This document shows, piece after piece, positions 10,121 to 23,057 of a DNA stretch of 35,030 nucleotides. How positions within the stretch are numbered: position 1 is the first letter of the stretch; each line of letters opens with the position of its first letter. The notes beneath the pieces are model-generated. The model saw only the letters and a program-made list of their open reading frames with translations, was not told the origin of the DNA and ran no database searches. The stretch covers positions 1-35,030 of the forward strand of contig CAJVPI010000330.1 in NCBI GenBank assembly GCA_910592345.1, written 5' to 3'. Source of the DNA: Paraglomus brasilianum. Taxonomy: Eukaryota. A program made the position numbers and the translations under genes.

Positions 10121-11543
10121 CATAAGTCAGTATTGATCTTGTAAGCATGTAGTAAAGTACTTGAGATCCTAAGGGAATGCTGACAGAGAGAAGGACAGTT
10201 GTCTATACTAATTTCTACATCAGTTATGCGAGTAGCGGGTTGTTACAACTGCTATTTTTTCTATTAGTGTTACCATTTCTATTTGTATGGAAATGACTGC
10301 TGATTGATGATTGGTGCCATGCGTAGATTTTGTATATTTATTTATACTATATACTTAAAATGAGAGAACGGAATGCATGCAACAAATATTAATCTAAACG
10401 GATATCTCAATAGAATTGCGGTCACATATTTATATTGTTGTATAAATAGAAGGTCAATCATAATTCGCTGTTGCTAGTAAAATACCGATTATACGCATAC
10501 AAAGCTAGCAAACGATAGGCTGGCAACCACCCTGTGAAACGGTGGGCGACTTTTTCAAAGCAAATTTTCCTTATAATTCGGTATAGTATTCTATTAAACA
10601 AAATTACGATCGTATTGCTTCACGTTTCGGGTATTTTTTGTGTCATACTTTACTCTTTCGATTTAATCAGAACATCGTTGCAAATATTTAATCACGGTTC
10701 TTAACATATATTGATATTATATAACATATTGGTCATTTGAAGTGGGCACACAGGCTAGTAGACTACGTAACTTCAAAAATCGTTAACATTGTTAACGAGA
10801 TGTCGCTTATTGGGGTGATATTTACAATGTGCGGATTACAAAAACATATCGTAGTACTATTATCCACATTTATATATAAATCTTTGTAACAACAATATAA
10901 TCCCCATATAACTTGTAAAAAAATTTTCTTGTGATACGTTTGTATTCTTTTAACGTAAGAATGCAAATAACGACAATTTAAAGACCAGCTTGTAAAAAAT
11001 TTTCTTGTGATACGGTTCGTAATTTGTGTAGATTTGAGGAATTTTTGATACAAACTGCGTATTTTAAATACCATCATTCGTATAGTGCATTTTTATGCAG
11101 ATAATTCCTGCAGCTGGCTGCATTACCCGCATAATAATATAAATTATAGAGAGAATCTATTGCAGTTGAATCTTTTACAACTTTCGTTAAAATGATTTCT
11201 ATTCTATTAAACAGCGAGTCTGTTTTGGCTTTACCGGAACGCATTCTATAATCTATATACTATTCTTTCTATATGCATATTAACTTACTGCAAAGTCTTT
11301 ATTATAATCCCCCGACTTTTTTTCTAAATAACCTCGGTGATGTACAAGCTTTTTCTTACTGTATAAAATATATTACATTCTAAACCATCACACCCTACCC
11401 ATGTGTCACCACATCCTATCCCCTTATTATATAAGAGGGCTAATAATGTCTACTCGTTCATCTATCGAATCTCCAAGCCAAACGCTGCTTAACTCTTTTC
11501 GCGCTACTAACCTTATATCTGATTTGCTTACCAATCGATTAAT

Positions 11544-12086
11544 ATGCCATCCAATCAGGCGCATAATATGGGCTATAACGACATGGACAGTCCTCCATTA
11601 AATCAACCCATCATTATGGACTCGGGTTACGCAAATGTAACTAGTATGGATTCCAATAACATTTATTCCTACCTACCCTGTCAAGCGTCACACTCGCATC
11701 CATTCTGTCAAGCGCCTTCGCTACCAACTAGTCGAGCCTTTTTCCCTTCAGATACCAGCCCTCTCGACAATAATGGTATCGACAGAGGGAGAAATGAACC
11801 GTTAAATACCAGGCCTTACGGATACGTTGAAAATAATGGCAATAGAATCAACTATTCAACGATGAACTATGGCTTGACCAACGACAATCCATCCATTCGC
11901 TGTTCTCTCCCCCAGACATCAGGTCAAACACAATCTACTTCTACTTTTTCCAACAACGCAAGAATGAAGACAAACACTGCGAGTCACGGAAACGTAATAA
12001 TTATTATAAAATCAAATATTAACCTGGAAAAACTATTGTCTATTATTCAACAATGTGAGAGGGAAGAAAGTATATACATGTATTAA
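11544..12086 (+). CDS. Paralogue 3 (180 aa; ancestral start lost, ATG at the position of Ile in the family NIPS motif)
   Basis: Intact ORF with FFPSDTSPLDNN, YGYVENN and SHGNVIIIIKSNINLEKLLSIIQQCEREESIY; TATATAA at 11428-11434. Confidence 0.85.
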   Translation: MPSNQAHNMGYNDMDSPPLNQPIIMDSGYANVTSMDSNNIYSYLPCQASHSHPFCQAPSLPTSRAFFPSDTSPLDNNGIDRGRNEPLNTRPYGYVENNGNRINYSTMNYGLTNDNPSIRCSLPQTSGQTQSTSTFSNNARMKTNTASHGNVIIIIKSNINLEKLLSIIQQCEREESIYMY

Positions 12087-13079
12087 CGTTCTTTATTTTT
12101 ATATATTGGATTTGTTTCGGTGTTTTTTTTCTAGCACAAGATACTTTTTCATAAATGTTTCTTAACCTTTTCCCCTCCTTTCAATTCTCCCCTTTCTTGT
12201 AAAGTAACCCCTTGCTCACACAGAACGCTACGCTTTTTCATTAAAGCTGGCTTACCAACATTATACTACTGCAATTTAAATACACTTTGGTTTTTAATAA
12301 CCATTGTGGGTATTACAAATAGTTTATATAGTATATTAATATCTTTGCTCTGGAAAGGGATTTTTGTATGGAGCGCGGTAACGTATTTCTCACACTCAAC
12401 TGTATCAGAGGACAACATGTATATTAAATTAGTCCCTTCGATGTTTGTTTATATTTTTTAACTGATCCAAGTCAATCATTGATAATCGGCTAAGACAGAT
12501 TAAGTATGGAAATCCCCATTGAATTTCCCAAATTTGATCGGGCATCATTTGAAACAATCGATATGATAAAGATCTTCCCATACTAATTAGGCTTCATAAA
12601 GAAGTAAACAAATATACATTACTCCGTATAAATAACATCCATACAGTTAAACAAGATTGTAATTTCCTGATATGTGTCAACCTCGTTCCCCAAGCAAGAT
12701 TGGAAGTACGATTACTATCAAGCGATTGAAGAGATAGAATATTATTTTCTGATAAGTCGAAACATAATTTTCAACCGAACAATTGTCACATGTTTTCGTT
12801 GCAATATCAACCGTTTCTTTTCTTGAATTGGTTGTTGCATGCACAGAATTATTTTTATACCACATATCGTTGACATCATTTAATGATACCCTTTATATAA
12901 TGAATAAAGCTGACCTTGCTCGACACATATCAAAATATAACATATGATGATGTCATGCGTGAGAAAAATGATTGCCGCATATCCTGTAATTAAAAGGCTC
13001 TTTGTATGAGGAGCCCTTGAATTCGTAAAGTTTGTTACTTGACTCTTTTAGATTATTCTTAATTTCCATGGGCGAATAT

Positions 13080-13277
13080 TTACTCATAAGAGTCCGCCGT
13101 CGAGGTCACGAACTTGGTAGGGAAGGTTATCAAGGAATATTTTGCAAAGAAAAGCATTTACAATCTCGAGTACATCGGAGCGGCGCTCCGATTGACGATC
13201 TTTCACAATTCGTGAAAAACTTTAAAGGAACTACAGGAATAAGTGTCTTACATCCAAATGAGCCAAATAAAGAATAA
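13080..13277 (+). mobile_element. pogo/Tigger transposase relic
   Basis: ...ILQRKA...RSGAPIDDLSQF...EPNK resembles GEAASAPLDEIPQF...EPDK of the element at 1-873. Duplicated at about 32575-32790. Confidence 0.5.
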
Positions 13278-14629
13278 TTTGATATATATAAACCCCCCCC
13301 CAAATCTACGAATAAGAAAATTCGATATACTCGTACACTGTTTATATCCCCTCTTTTGTTTAGCCAAATGTGAGGTATAAAATATCTCATATTTACACGA
13401 TTGGATCACAATTATAATCATTAAATTTATTCGAAGTATTTATATGTATATGTGTTTATTATTAGTAATATTAAAAATACAAATCCAAATTACCGCAGAG
13501 TCGCAGTATTATTATTATATAAATCAGATATTACTTATCACGTGACGAATGAAGACATTAATGTAATAGTATGCTATGACATATACATTTAAACATATTC
13601 TGCAGAGACCATTTTACAAGTCATCGCAATAACTGTAACGAAACGCTTTCGTCGCCAAAAAGTTCATAGGGTTTCTTTGTATAATGAGCAGATTATTATT
13701 ATACCTAATGTAAGAATACGTGTGCTCCCCAGTCATTTTCGTAGTTTCCAACAATCTTCGTCCATATTATCGATCTGTAGCTGTCGGTTGACTCTGATGA
13801 TTCGGTATTCTCATTATCTGAATGAACGTCAACGGTATCATTCTCATTATACCTCCCATTTTAGTTCCTTATCCAGTCTCTCATTTGCTTTGGTTCTATG
13901 TCGAATTTGCTTGCTGTTTCTCGGATAGAACAACAATAAGTTTTTCCCTTGCTGACCATTTCCTGCAAACTTGTTTAGTGATACGAAAACGTCTTGCAGG
14001 TGCGTTGTCTTTATTTATATAGAGAGTGTTACATAAACACTTTGGGGTTGTCAATGTATTAGGGGTATACCAAAGTACTCACGAGTAATGTACCTCTCAA
14101 AAAAAAGTGAAATGTAAAATACCCAGGGTAACTTTATTCGGTACTTTGTTTAATTACGATTTTATTTCCAAGCTACGTTTGCACGCAGTATTGTAATATA
14201 GTTTACTTCATTGTAATACACAGTATATAGAAAAAACGGGATCTAATACGAGGGTGTTTGAGGGTCTTGTTGAGCACAATCAATTACATTTACGCTACTT
14301 GTGATACTTTGGCGTGGTGTCAGGCATAGATCGACTTTCTCGACAGAGCGTCACATACAATCGAATTTGGGCACAAACACATCTTATATCCGTCATTCGA
14401 ACCAAGAGTTGAGACTACTACGGAACTCTTATGTACCACCTTTGTGGGATAATTATGCTAAGTTGGAAATTCGCACATTTGAATATGAATTATTCGTTCA
14501 AACATTATACATTTGTAATTTAAGAATTTATTTTTAAATAATAAACTCGTTTCAAAAAGTCTCGTTATAAATCGGTGTATAATGATTATTGTGGTTCGTA
14601 TGATTTGATGTAGAAATTCCCTAAATTTA

Positions 14630-15831
14630 CTAATACCAGAATCCAATATATAAAAATGAAGAAGCGAATACAACGTATATCGGCAGATTATTGAATAATC
14701 TTTCTAGGTTAATATCTGCTTTTACAATAATTATTACGTATCCATGACTAGTAGCGTTTGTCGTCATGGCAGCGTTGTTGGAACGAGTAGGAGTGAGTGA
14801 TGTTTGAGGGAGAGGATTGTAATTGGTCAAATCATCGTTCATCGTTGAATACAGTCTACCCTCCATATGCACACCCCTTAGGAATGAGCTGGAGCGTGCA
14901 TATATGGAGTGCGCATATATGGAGGGACAGCATTTTATTGGTTGCACGTGTTATATGTTTTATTCATAATGAAAGACAACATTAAAATACCTGTTTACTA
15001 TTTTTGACTAAAAGAATTGTCTATGATTGTTTGTTTCTTTGCATTCGTCAACTTTAAACCAATTAGTAATCAAGAGCATTAACATGTTTAAGTAACTCCT
15101 TAGAATCTTCTTGCTGTTGCAAAAGGAACGAACTAATAATATTAAACGAAGAAATGATAAAGACTGTGTTAAACAAACAATTTTGACTTCTTTCAATAGA
15201 AACAAAGTGTAACCAATAAGACAACGCAATATGTAAATACACAGTGAAATTCACTTTAACGAAGACATTCATTCCACGATTTTGCTTCGTTAGCATGAAA
15301 GTTTGCTCAAGTAAACTGTCTTTTTATATGAAAGAACTTCGTTATAATAATAAAGCAATCTTCGTTTCACTGTGTATTACAAATCATGATCTTTACTTTG
15401 TTTAGATAATGGTAATTATCATTTGTTGTACAAATCACATGAAAATCACGGGCGTGCATATAGCGGGAAGTGAACAAAAAACAGAATATAGAGGGTGTGC
15501 ATATATTTACAAACTCCCGAGCTTGCGAATAAGACTTGGCGTACATATATGGAGGGTGGACCGCGGTCCTCATCAACGTATCCATAATGCGCGGAATTCA
15601 ACTGTGTATTTACACCCGTGTGGACGTTATTATTATCGAGAGGACCGGTATCAGAAGAAAGAATAACTTGACTGGGAGGTTGCGAATACGCTTGACAGAG
15701 TGGAATTTGTTGATCATAATTGGTTGATTTAATGGAAGACTGTTTGTATAATAGTCCGTATTATGCACCTGATCGGATGGAGTGCTGTATACATAACTTC
15801 CATGAATCGATTGGTAATCAATACCGGCCAT
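14630..15831 (-). pseudogene. Paralogue 4, frameshifted and split by a 712-bp transposon
   Basis: 5' half MAGIDYQSIHGSYVYSTPSDQ...(frameshift)...QPPSQVILSSDTGPLDNN...HYGYVDED (15831-15566); 3' half YSTMNDDLTNY...SHGYVIIIVKADINLERLF (14851-14630). Removing the insert rejoins GAC-TAT in frame. Confidence 0.9.
14852..15563 (-). mobile_element. Non-autonomous pogo/Tigger-derived element inserted at TA
   Basis: Imperfect TIRs CAGTCTACCCTCCATAT / revcomp CGGTCCACCCTCCATAT; TA on the left flank (right flank reads CG). Internal relic SFLLQQQEDSKELLKHVNALD...KQTIIDN resembles a pogo transposase C-terminus. Confidence 0.85.
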
Positions 15832-16814
15832 ATCGAGCGTCGGTGAGTATGGCGATAAGAGATAAAAAAATGGTATAATCGATTCTCCGTTGGCGTAACT
15901 GCTTGCATATTGTATCACTATCAAATTCAAAAAAAAAAAAAAATCGGACAGAATCTCCGAATTTTTTATAATCACCATACCTGTGATATTCGGGATAAAT
16001 AAAATTTATATCATTCAATTCAGCTTGAAGTTTTTAGGTATTTGTGGGGTTTCCTTTATTTTTAATAACAGCCGCAACTCTGCGAGGCATACTATCGATC
16101 AACTTATTTAATTTTATTATCTCATGTTTTCTCATTTGTTCTTGAGAACTGTAATAGTTCTCGCTTGCTCTTAGGTCTCGGCTTATGTGATCTGACTCTT
16201 CTGTCTAACTTATCCCATAAATTTTAAATTGAAACTTTGAGCATCAATGGAATTATCCTCTTTCCAAGTTTTGGTTGACCTCCAAAACATCACATATACT
16301 GTATCATGACAAAAATCTATTTTTTAAAGAAAAAACAACTGTTGCGCAGGTATGATACCGGGAATCAACGGTTGATGAAGGAAACGTTGCGTTATGTGGT
16401 GAGCAAGCCGTTTGTATGGTTTATCTTATTAGACAAAGCCCAAAAAAAAGGAGGAAAATTCATTAAAAAAAAATCTACACAAGCTATAGATATACATGAC
16501 TCTTGATGTAAGAATACGACTAAAAAATTTTTTTATGGAAACTAAAGGTTTATTCATAAATCTCTCTATAATCATTAATATCGATAGGTAATATTGTCTG
16601 ATTCAAATAACGGGATTGAGGTAGACAAGCCTTTTATTCAAAGGCGATATCGTTTTAAGAAGGCAAATAGATATATGCAACAAAACATAAGAAAGGTTAT
16701 TCCTATGAAATAAACTTGTTTGTCCGACCACTTTCTTATATCGAGCGACTAGTAGATAACAAGTATAAATAAGTTAACTATCGATAATTTCTTTTGCTGC
16801 AAACCTGGCCTTTA

Positions 16815-16959
16815 CAGACTATAATTCGACCGCTTGCGTTCCGAGGTTATCAATCGAATTAACGTACAAGTCGAATTAACGTCAGCTAATTACAATAGAA
16901 ATAATAATAAATGTAAAAAAATGTTCTGTAACCAGCGGTCGAATATCGGCAGTTGACTG
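16815..16959. mobile_element. Small Tc1/mariner-pogo-type MITE (~145 bp)
   Basis: TA|CAG...ATTCGACCGCT at left and AGCGGTCGAAT...GTTGACTG|TA at right; internal direct repeat TCGAATTAACGT x2. Confidence 0.65.
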
Positions 16960-17221
16960 TATTACTAGCGCCGTCTATATAAACCGCCTTACAATAGGTT
17001 ATATTATCTCCATTTGCGTTACTACCCGAATAATAGTCAATATGAAGAGGAAAGTGACTAGTTTACGAAAACTATCCTCGGAGAATACGAATAAGTGTAA
17101 TAGTTATTCTACATTCCATTGTACAAGCAACTCAGCTCGATAAAACAAATAATGAAAAGCACACAAAATTTACCATTGAGAAATCCGATATATAAAACAT
17201 GAAGAAGGCTAAATAAACAAA

Positions 17222-17629
17222 CTACATGTATATTCTTTCTCCCTCTCACATGATTGAATAATGGACAACAATCTTTCCAGGTTAATATCTGCTTTCACAA
17301 TAATTACTACGTATCCATGATTGTCATTATGCCAGTGTTGTTGTAACGAGTAGAAGTAGGTGGTGCTTGACCCAATGTTTGTGGGAGAGGATAATGGATG
17401 GAAGGTGGACTGTGGTTGGTCAAGTCATAGCTCGTTGTTGCATCGTTGACTCGATTTTCATCATTTTCGACGTATCCGTAATACCCGGCAGTATTAAAAA
17501 TAGATGTCATTAGAGTCCATACTACCCATGTCCGCGTTTGTATTGTTAGAGTCCATAATATTGCACCTGATTGAGCGGAATACTATAAGTATATCTTTCA
17601 TGACTCGATTGGTTATTAAAGCTTGCCAT
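17222..17629 (-). pseudogene. Paralogue 5, multiple frameshifts and deletions
   Basis: MASFNNQSSHERYTYSIPLNQV / MDSNNTNADMGSMDSNDIY / YGYVENDENRVN...QAPPTST / HGYVVIIVKADINLERLLSIIQSCERE lie in successive, shifted frames. Confidence 0.9.
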
Positions 17630-18749
17630 ATCGATTCTAACGGTGAGAGAGAAACTGCGTTGGCTGCGTTGACTTGAGATGCCACTACATATATGACAAC
17701 TGATCTATGAAAATGGGTAGTTAGTGATTTGGAGGTTTTTGTGTGGGATATATACTCGGGGATGCTACCTACCCTGTGCCTTTTTCCTGACCTCAAACGT
17801 AATAGTAAGGTTTTTCACAGTTACAAGTTCGCCCTTGCGACGCTGCGGTTCTTTATCCTGTCCGTGTTTACGGGACATAAGGCAGACATATCTGTATAAT
17901 GAAGTAAGAAAGGTTTGCCGATGATTTTTATAACGATATAACGACCGCCAGAAATTAGATAAGTCGTTTATATTGGGGGATTAAAAAAATGACCCAATTT
18001 ACGATTTTCTGACGATCACCAGCTTTTGCGAGAATGCTATTTATAGATCAGTCACCTAGTTCTAATAGTTTACCTGTAATGCTTGGCCGATTTCATATTA
18101 ATATGTTTGCATGTACTCCATCCAATTATATGTCACCAAATTATATATACAATATAATATACTCATAGCTACTTAAGTTATCAATACATTAACAATAGCA
18201 TCCTGTATACAGATCATCGACACATCCTGCCATACCGGTTTAATATGGATGAAAGGGTGGGGTGTTTGTGTGACATTCTGTCATGTGAGTGTACATTGGC
18301 TTAAGTACAAAAGGATAGCACAGCAAAGGCTACAAAGTGAGTAGGATTTGCGAGTGGAGCGTATAAGTAGTGTGTGTATGGGTTTATGGGTGTGTGTTGG
18401 TAAGGGTGCTTAACTGAATGGGTGAATTGAAATTCAACGTAGTGTGTGCATAGAAGTTTTTACCGTTACAGTTCTTAATTTTTTGTTTTATGTGCGTATA
18501 TTGCTGTATTGTGTCTGGCCTGAGGGGGGGAGGAGTCAAGTATAAATATATATTTTAGTGTATGTATATAATAATATGTATGTGATGTGATAGTAATATG
18601 AGTATTGTATATCATTACTGATTATGAGATTATGGGGTACACGCTCACGTAGACATATAAGAACTCGGAATGTATCTAAAGCGCCTACTCATACATCTCA
18701 ACCAAAACACCGTTTACGTTTTATCGTTAAACTCATTCTTATAACCGAT

Positions 18750-19295
18750 ATGGCCGGTGTTAATAATCAATCGATTCACAACAATTATACATACAGCATT
18801 CCATCTGACCAGGGGTATTATATGGACTCTAATTATACTTACAGTCTTCCTTGGGATCAGATGCACTATACAGACCCGGATTACGCAAACAGTCTCCCAC
18901 CAGTTAGTAGAGGCTCTAATGGCATCTATCTTCAACCTCCCAGTCAAGTTTGCTTTCCTTCTGATACCGGGCCTCTCGACAATAATAACATCTCCACGAG
19001 CGAAAATGAACCGTTCTGTACCCCGTCCTACGGATACGTCGAAAACAATGAAAATCGAGTCAACAATTCGGTTCTTCCGATGAATTATAATTCGAGTAAT
19101 ACAGTTCATTCTCCGTTTATTTACCAAACATCAGGTCAAACGCAATCTACTTCTAGCTTTTCAAACAACGTAAGCATGATGTCAAACGCTACGAGTCATG
19201 GACAAGTAATAATTATTATGAATGCTGACATTGACTTGGAAAGATTACTGTTTATTATTCAATCATGTGGGAGGGTGGAAAGAATATACATGTAA
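18750..19295 (+). CDS. Paralogue 6 (181 aa, no lysine)
   Basis: Intact ORF from the family start MAGVNNQSIH to SHGQVIIIMNADIDLERLLFIIQSCGRVERIYM. TATAA at 18656-18660 argues against the track's 18624 start. Confidence 0.9.
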   Translation: MAGVNNQSIHNNYTYSIPSDQGYYMDSNYTYSLPWDQMHYTDPDYANSLPPVSRGSNGIYLQPPSQVCFPSDTGPLDNNNISTSENEPFCTPSYGYVENNENRVNNSVLPMNYNSSNTVHSPFIYQTSGQTQSTSSFSNNVSMMSNATSHGQVIIIMNADIDLERLLFIIQSCGRVERIYM

Positions 19296-19338
19296 TTGTT
19301 TATTTAGCCTTCTTCATTTTAGATATATCGGATGTAAA

Positions 19339-19378
19339 TTTCAGCTTCAGCTGGATTCAGCATCAGCCGGCCGCAACA
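19339..19378. repeat. Dispersed repeat end, inverted copy of about 33258-33293
   Basis: TTTCAGCTTCAGCTGGATTCAGCATCAGCCG vs revcomp TTTCAGCTTCAGCCGGATTTCAGCATCAGCCG. Confidence 0.75.
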
Positions 19379-20229
19379 TTTATTAATAAATTTTTGTGAC
19401 GCAGTTCGCTATTGTTTATTTACAACATTTGATATGGCTTTTACAATCAGTGAATTAATATCGTAATATTGACAGGATTGTGGTCATTATGTCTCTTGTT
19501 ACTCATCTGGTGAGAATTTGGCACCCATCAAAGTGACATTACTTGAGTAATATCTACCTCCTACATTCATAACTATATAGTAATAGTAATCGTAGCATAA
19601 ACCAGACTAACCAGATTGTCTTATCTATCTCAAACACCAACGTCCAGAAATATCCTTTAACGGGAAGTGACTCGACAAATAATCATTCGCTTTGGTATTT
19701 GGTGCTGATGTATTATTACTTTGGTGTGGCATATATGCTTTCAACCTTTTGTTGAAATGAAACATTAGAACCTTCCTTGTAACACTTGGTAACTGCTAAC
19801 CTTAATCACATTACACCTTTCCGTTGCCGTGCATGCGAGATGAAAAAGATTCTACCCGATTAGGGAAGACAACTGTACACAGCCTAGGAGTGCTTGATAT
19901 TGGGTCACAACAGGTGAAGGAGTGTAGGTGTCATCTCATCTGTGATATTGGTCCTTTATGCGTTTAACCTCAGCACCGAATCGACGTTTGGAGCTGCGAA
20001 TCCTATTGACACCGCCCCGAATATCACTGGCATTATCAAGCGGAGCAGCAAAGACAGCCGATAACGACACTGCTTCCTCGTACTTACTGTCTTGTGTCTA
20101 AAAAAGTGTTTGTTTGTGACCGTAGATTTAACAGAGCACTGATTCTAGTTAAATTATAATGTAGAGACGGTGACTGCAAAGTAAATCTACAACCCAGTTA
20201 CACTAAACTAATATAAATAGCGAGTAGAA

Positions 20230-20627
20230 GGTGAAAGATATAGAAAGAAAGTAGCCCACAAGAGTTATCTCCTTAATATTAACAACTTGGAATGACTATT
20301 AAACATGTCATTTCACGACATTCAATGAATTGAAAACTATGCTGGAAACAAAATACCCAGTTGTTAATGGGCGTATTACCTTAATAGACTTGTTCTACCC
20401 GAAACTTACTTAAGAAAATTTCTCAATCCGTTTTTTAGAAAAAACGTCATAGTTAACAGCATTAGTAGTATGAAAAAACGAGTTGAAGCATGTATTAAAG
20501 CTGAAGGTCGTATCAAATATTAAGTAATTAACAAAATTTGTAGCAAATTTTTTAGATGGATTTGTCTTTCAAGTTGAGCTCATTATGTCCCAAAAACTGA
20601 CCGCCATTACTTTTGCCGGTGTAGGTG
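20230..20627 (+). mobile_element. Tc1-like transposon 3' relic
   Basis: SISSMKKRVEACIKAEGRIKY* (stop 20521-20523) matches the Tc1 C-terminal SMxxRxxAxIxAxGxxTKY pattern, followed by the TIR-like TACTTTTGCCGGTG..GTG. Confidence 0.7.
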
Positions 20628-20779
20628 TTGGTACTAGGTTAGGTAATGTGCTTCTTTATTTACAAGATTATGATTGGCTTAATATTAAGGTAAATCTACC
20701 GTATGTCACACTTTATCTTAAAAACTCCTTCAGCATTCTTAGACTGCTGCATTCAAAGTTAAGTTCACTGAAATCGTCT

Positions 20780-22300
20780 ATGGTGGCATATAGACACAGC
20801 ACTGTTAGAGTAAGGTCACATACGAAAAAAGAGATGTCGTGGAATCATTTTCCAACTTCCATTATCTCACTCCGCGTGTGAAGAATTTTTGAGAAGAAAG
20901 GTTAGTCCAGTGTAGAGTTTGAATACAATTGAGTAAAACATTGAAAAGGGTTTTTTCTGCTCGCTCTTCTCATAATCTGTTCCATCTCTTCTTTATTTGC
21001 CGAAATCCAACAAATTCTTGGATTATTTCCTATTCTCCATCGATGGTTGATAGTACAAAACATCCACTTTTACCATTGCTGTTTGTTCCACTCGGCGTTG
21101 GATTCAAAGAATAAGGTGGGATTTTACGGGAGCCTTGGATCTTTTCGACGACAACACCATTCTGGAATGGTGAGAACAGATATCGGTCGTTTCAGCCACA
21201 TGTTATTGGTGTAGTGCGGCGAGTATGGTAATATAGAGAGCTTCGCGTATGTAGTATTGAACCAACTAGGCTATTTTCTCATTCAATTAGTCTTAACTTA
21301 ATCTTCTTGCTACCATATCAGAATGCACTGAGATCCATGTGAAGGTGATGACGGTAAGAAGTACCGGAGCCATAGCCAAATCACGATCTAGTCGCAATAT
21401 AGTCATGTGGCATAATGTATAGTGAAAGCCCCTGGAATATGGGTTTGTCACCCATAACCATGCCCTCTTCGCCGGCCCTCGTCATGACATGCCCAGCTTT
21501 GAAAACGATTCCCTCAATGAAAGCAGTTTATAGCACAAGATGACGGTTTAAAATCAAAAGACACTGATTCCTATTTGATGAATGTATATAAAACACTTGC
21601 GAGAAAGCATATTTAACAGTTTTGGTGTGTTTAGCACTTCACGGCTGCAAAATTTATTGTTGAAAAGCATCAATAGCGGTGCGCGATATAATGAAATCGC
21701 GAGCAATTCTATAGTAAGATTACTTGGGGAAGCAAGATATTTGGTAACGAAATCCATCATCGGTGGCCTATCTCCATACGTACCAGTGAAAACTATCGAG
21801 AGAGCATGTTCCTCACTCCAAGACGCAAACTTCTTCACAAACTGTCCAGTCACCTCATCGATGATAAATGTCAAGAACGAGGAGTATCAGATTACTCGGT
21901 CAAACATAAAAATTCTGATTCTTGCATATGACCAAACTTCAATCAGACTCATTAATTAAACCAACCTAACCTATTCCATACGCACTGGATATAATCGGTT
22001 CTCAATCTTACCAAGATTTTTGCGCACCCCGAATATACCTTTGTAAAATCCCGTTCAAGACACATGGTGAAGACATAATAGGAAAAACCGATGTAATGCA
22101 TTAGATCTTTGCGAGAAAAGAAGGAGATAGACTAATCTGCAACGGCAGGAGATTTCCAGATTGCAAAGTATGCTTGTATTCGTTCTTGGACCCCACGACG
22201 ATTGAAGTATACTTGCGTACAACGTCTATACGTTTTGTTTCCGCAACACCAGAGGTAAAAGCGCCGACTGCTGTATGCCTATTATGTTAAGAAGCATCAA
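20780..22300 (-). pseudogene. Duplicate of the decayed gene at 3200-4900
   Basis: TFIIDEVTGQFVKKFASWSEEHALSIVFTG...MMDFVTKYLASPSNLTIE is homologous to ORF 4259-4453. Confidence 0.3.
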
Positions 22301-23057
22301 TGTTGACAATAGATGGTCCGACAGGTGTCTTGTAGCCAATTCACCATCTACAATCTTAGGGACTTACGCAGTATTACTGGTATCCGATATGGATTTGCGA
22401 GAACAGGAAGTGTTAGTGATTTCAGGTGCATATTATATAACGTTATTTGCGTTTAGTATAAGAGCAATTATTGACGTATCCGTGGATCAATTCTTTGCGA
22501 CATCAAATTAAGATACTATTTAGAAAAGCGGCAGATAGGGCTATTCTTAATACGAAATTCAAACAAAGTTACTCTGAAAATCCTTCAAGGTCTTATATCA
22601 AATAATAGAAAATATGTACGGACTCTAGGGTTTCAATATCGCCTCGTTTAGAACACTTCGACTTTTCATTTGACGATTTGTGAGGCTGCTAAAACATATC
22701 CATTGGCCAAAATTCCAACAAGAACAATATATTACAAATTCAAAAAGAAATGCAGGAATTGGACAGGCTATGGAATAATATTTCAACCGTTTATCCTAAT
22801 TATTTAGTAGATTCTATAGAGGACCGATATAAGTTATTTACAATCACATTCTCTACTAAAATATAAAACAGGCAGTTTAAATAAAAGATTAAAATTGATT
22901 ATAATATACTGTATATTAAATTAATAACGTGGCAATAAGGGAAAAACTAGTGGCATAATGATGTCCCCCGTGTCGCCCAGCTGCATTTACCGTTACACTC
23001 CTGCCCTAATTCGAGACATTGTTTAAAAGCAATAAAAAATACACATTACCAGTTTTA

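Larger units (their letters stand above)
3180..14270 (+). repeat. Segmental duplication, copy A (direct repeat of about 20750-33018)
   Basis: Collinear matching blocks: 3180-5260/20750-22600, 5990-6150/23580-23720, 6965-7540/24180-24750, 7810-8320/24895-25420, 11080-11232/30345-30486, 11445-13493/30797-32917, 14142-14270/32915-33018. Confidence 0.93.

Noticed and set aside
9797..10123. 108-aa Cys/Val-rich ORF
   Set aside because: Its N-terminus is a translation of the minisatellite; no other support.
19480..20100. GC-richer minus-strand stretch with a signal-peptide-like SAVFAAP
   Set aside because: No start codon, many stops, no recognisable family.
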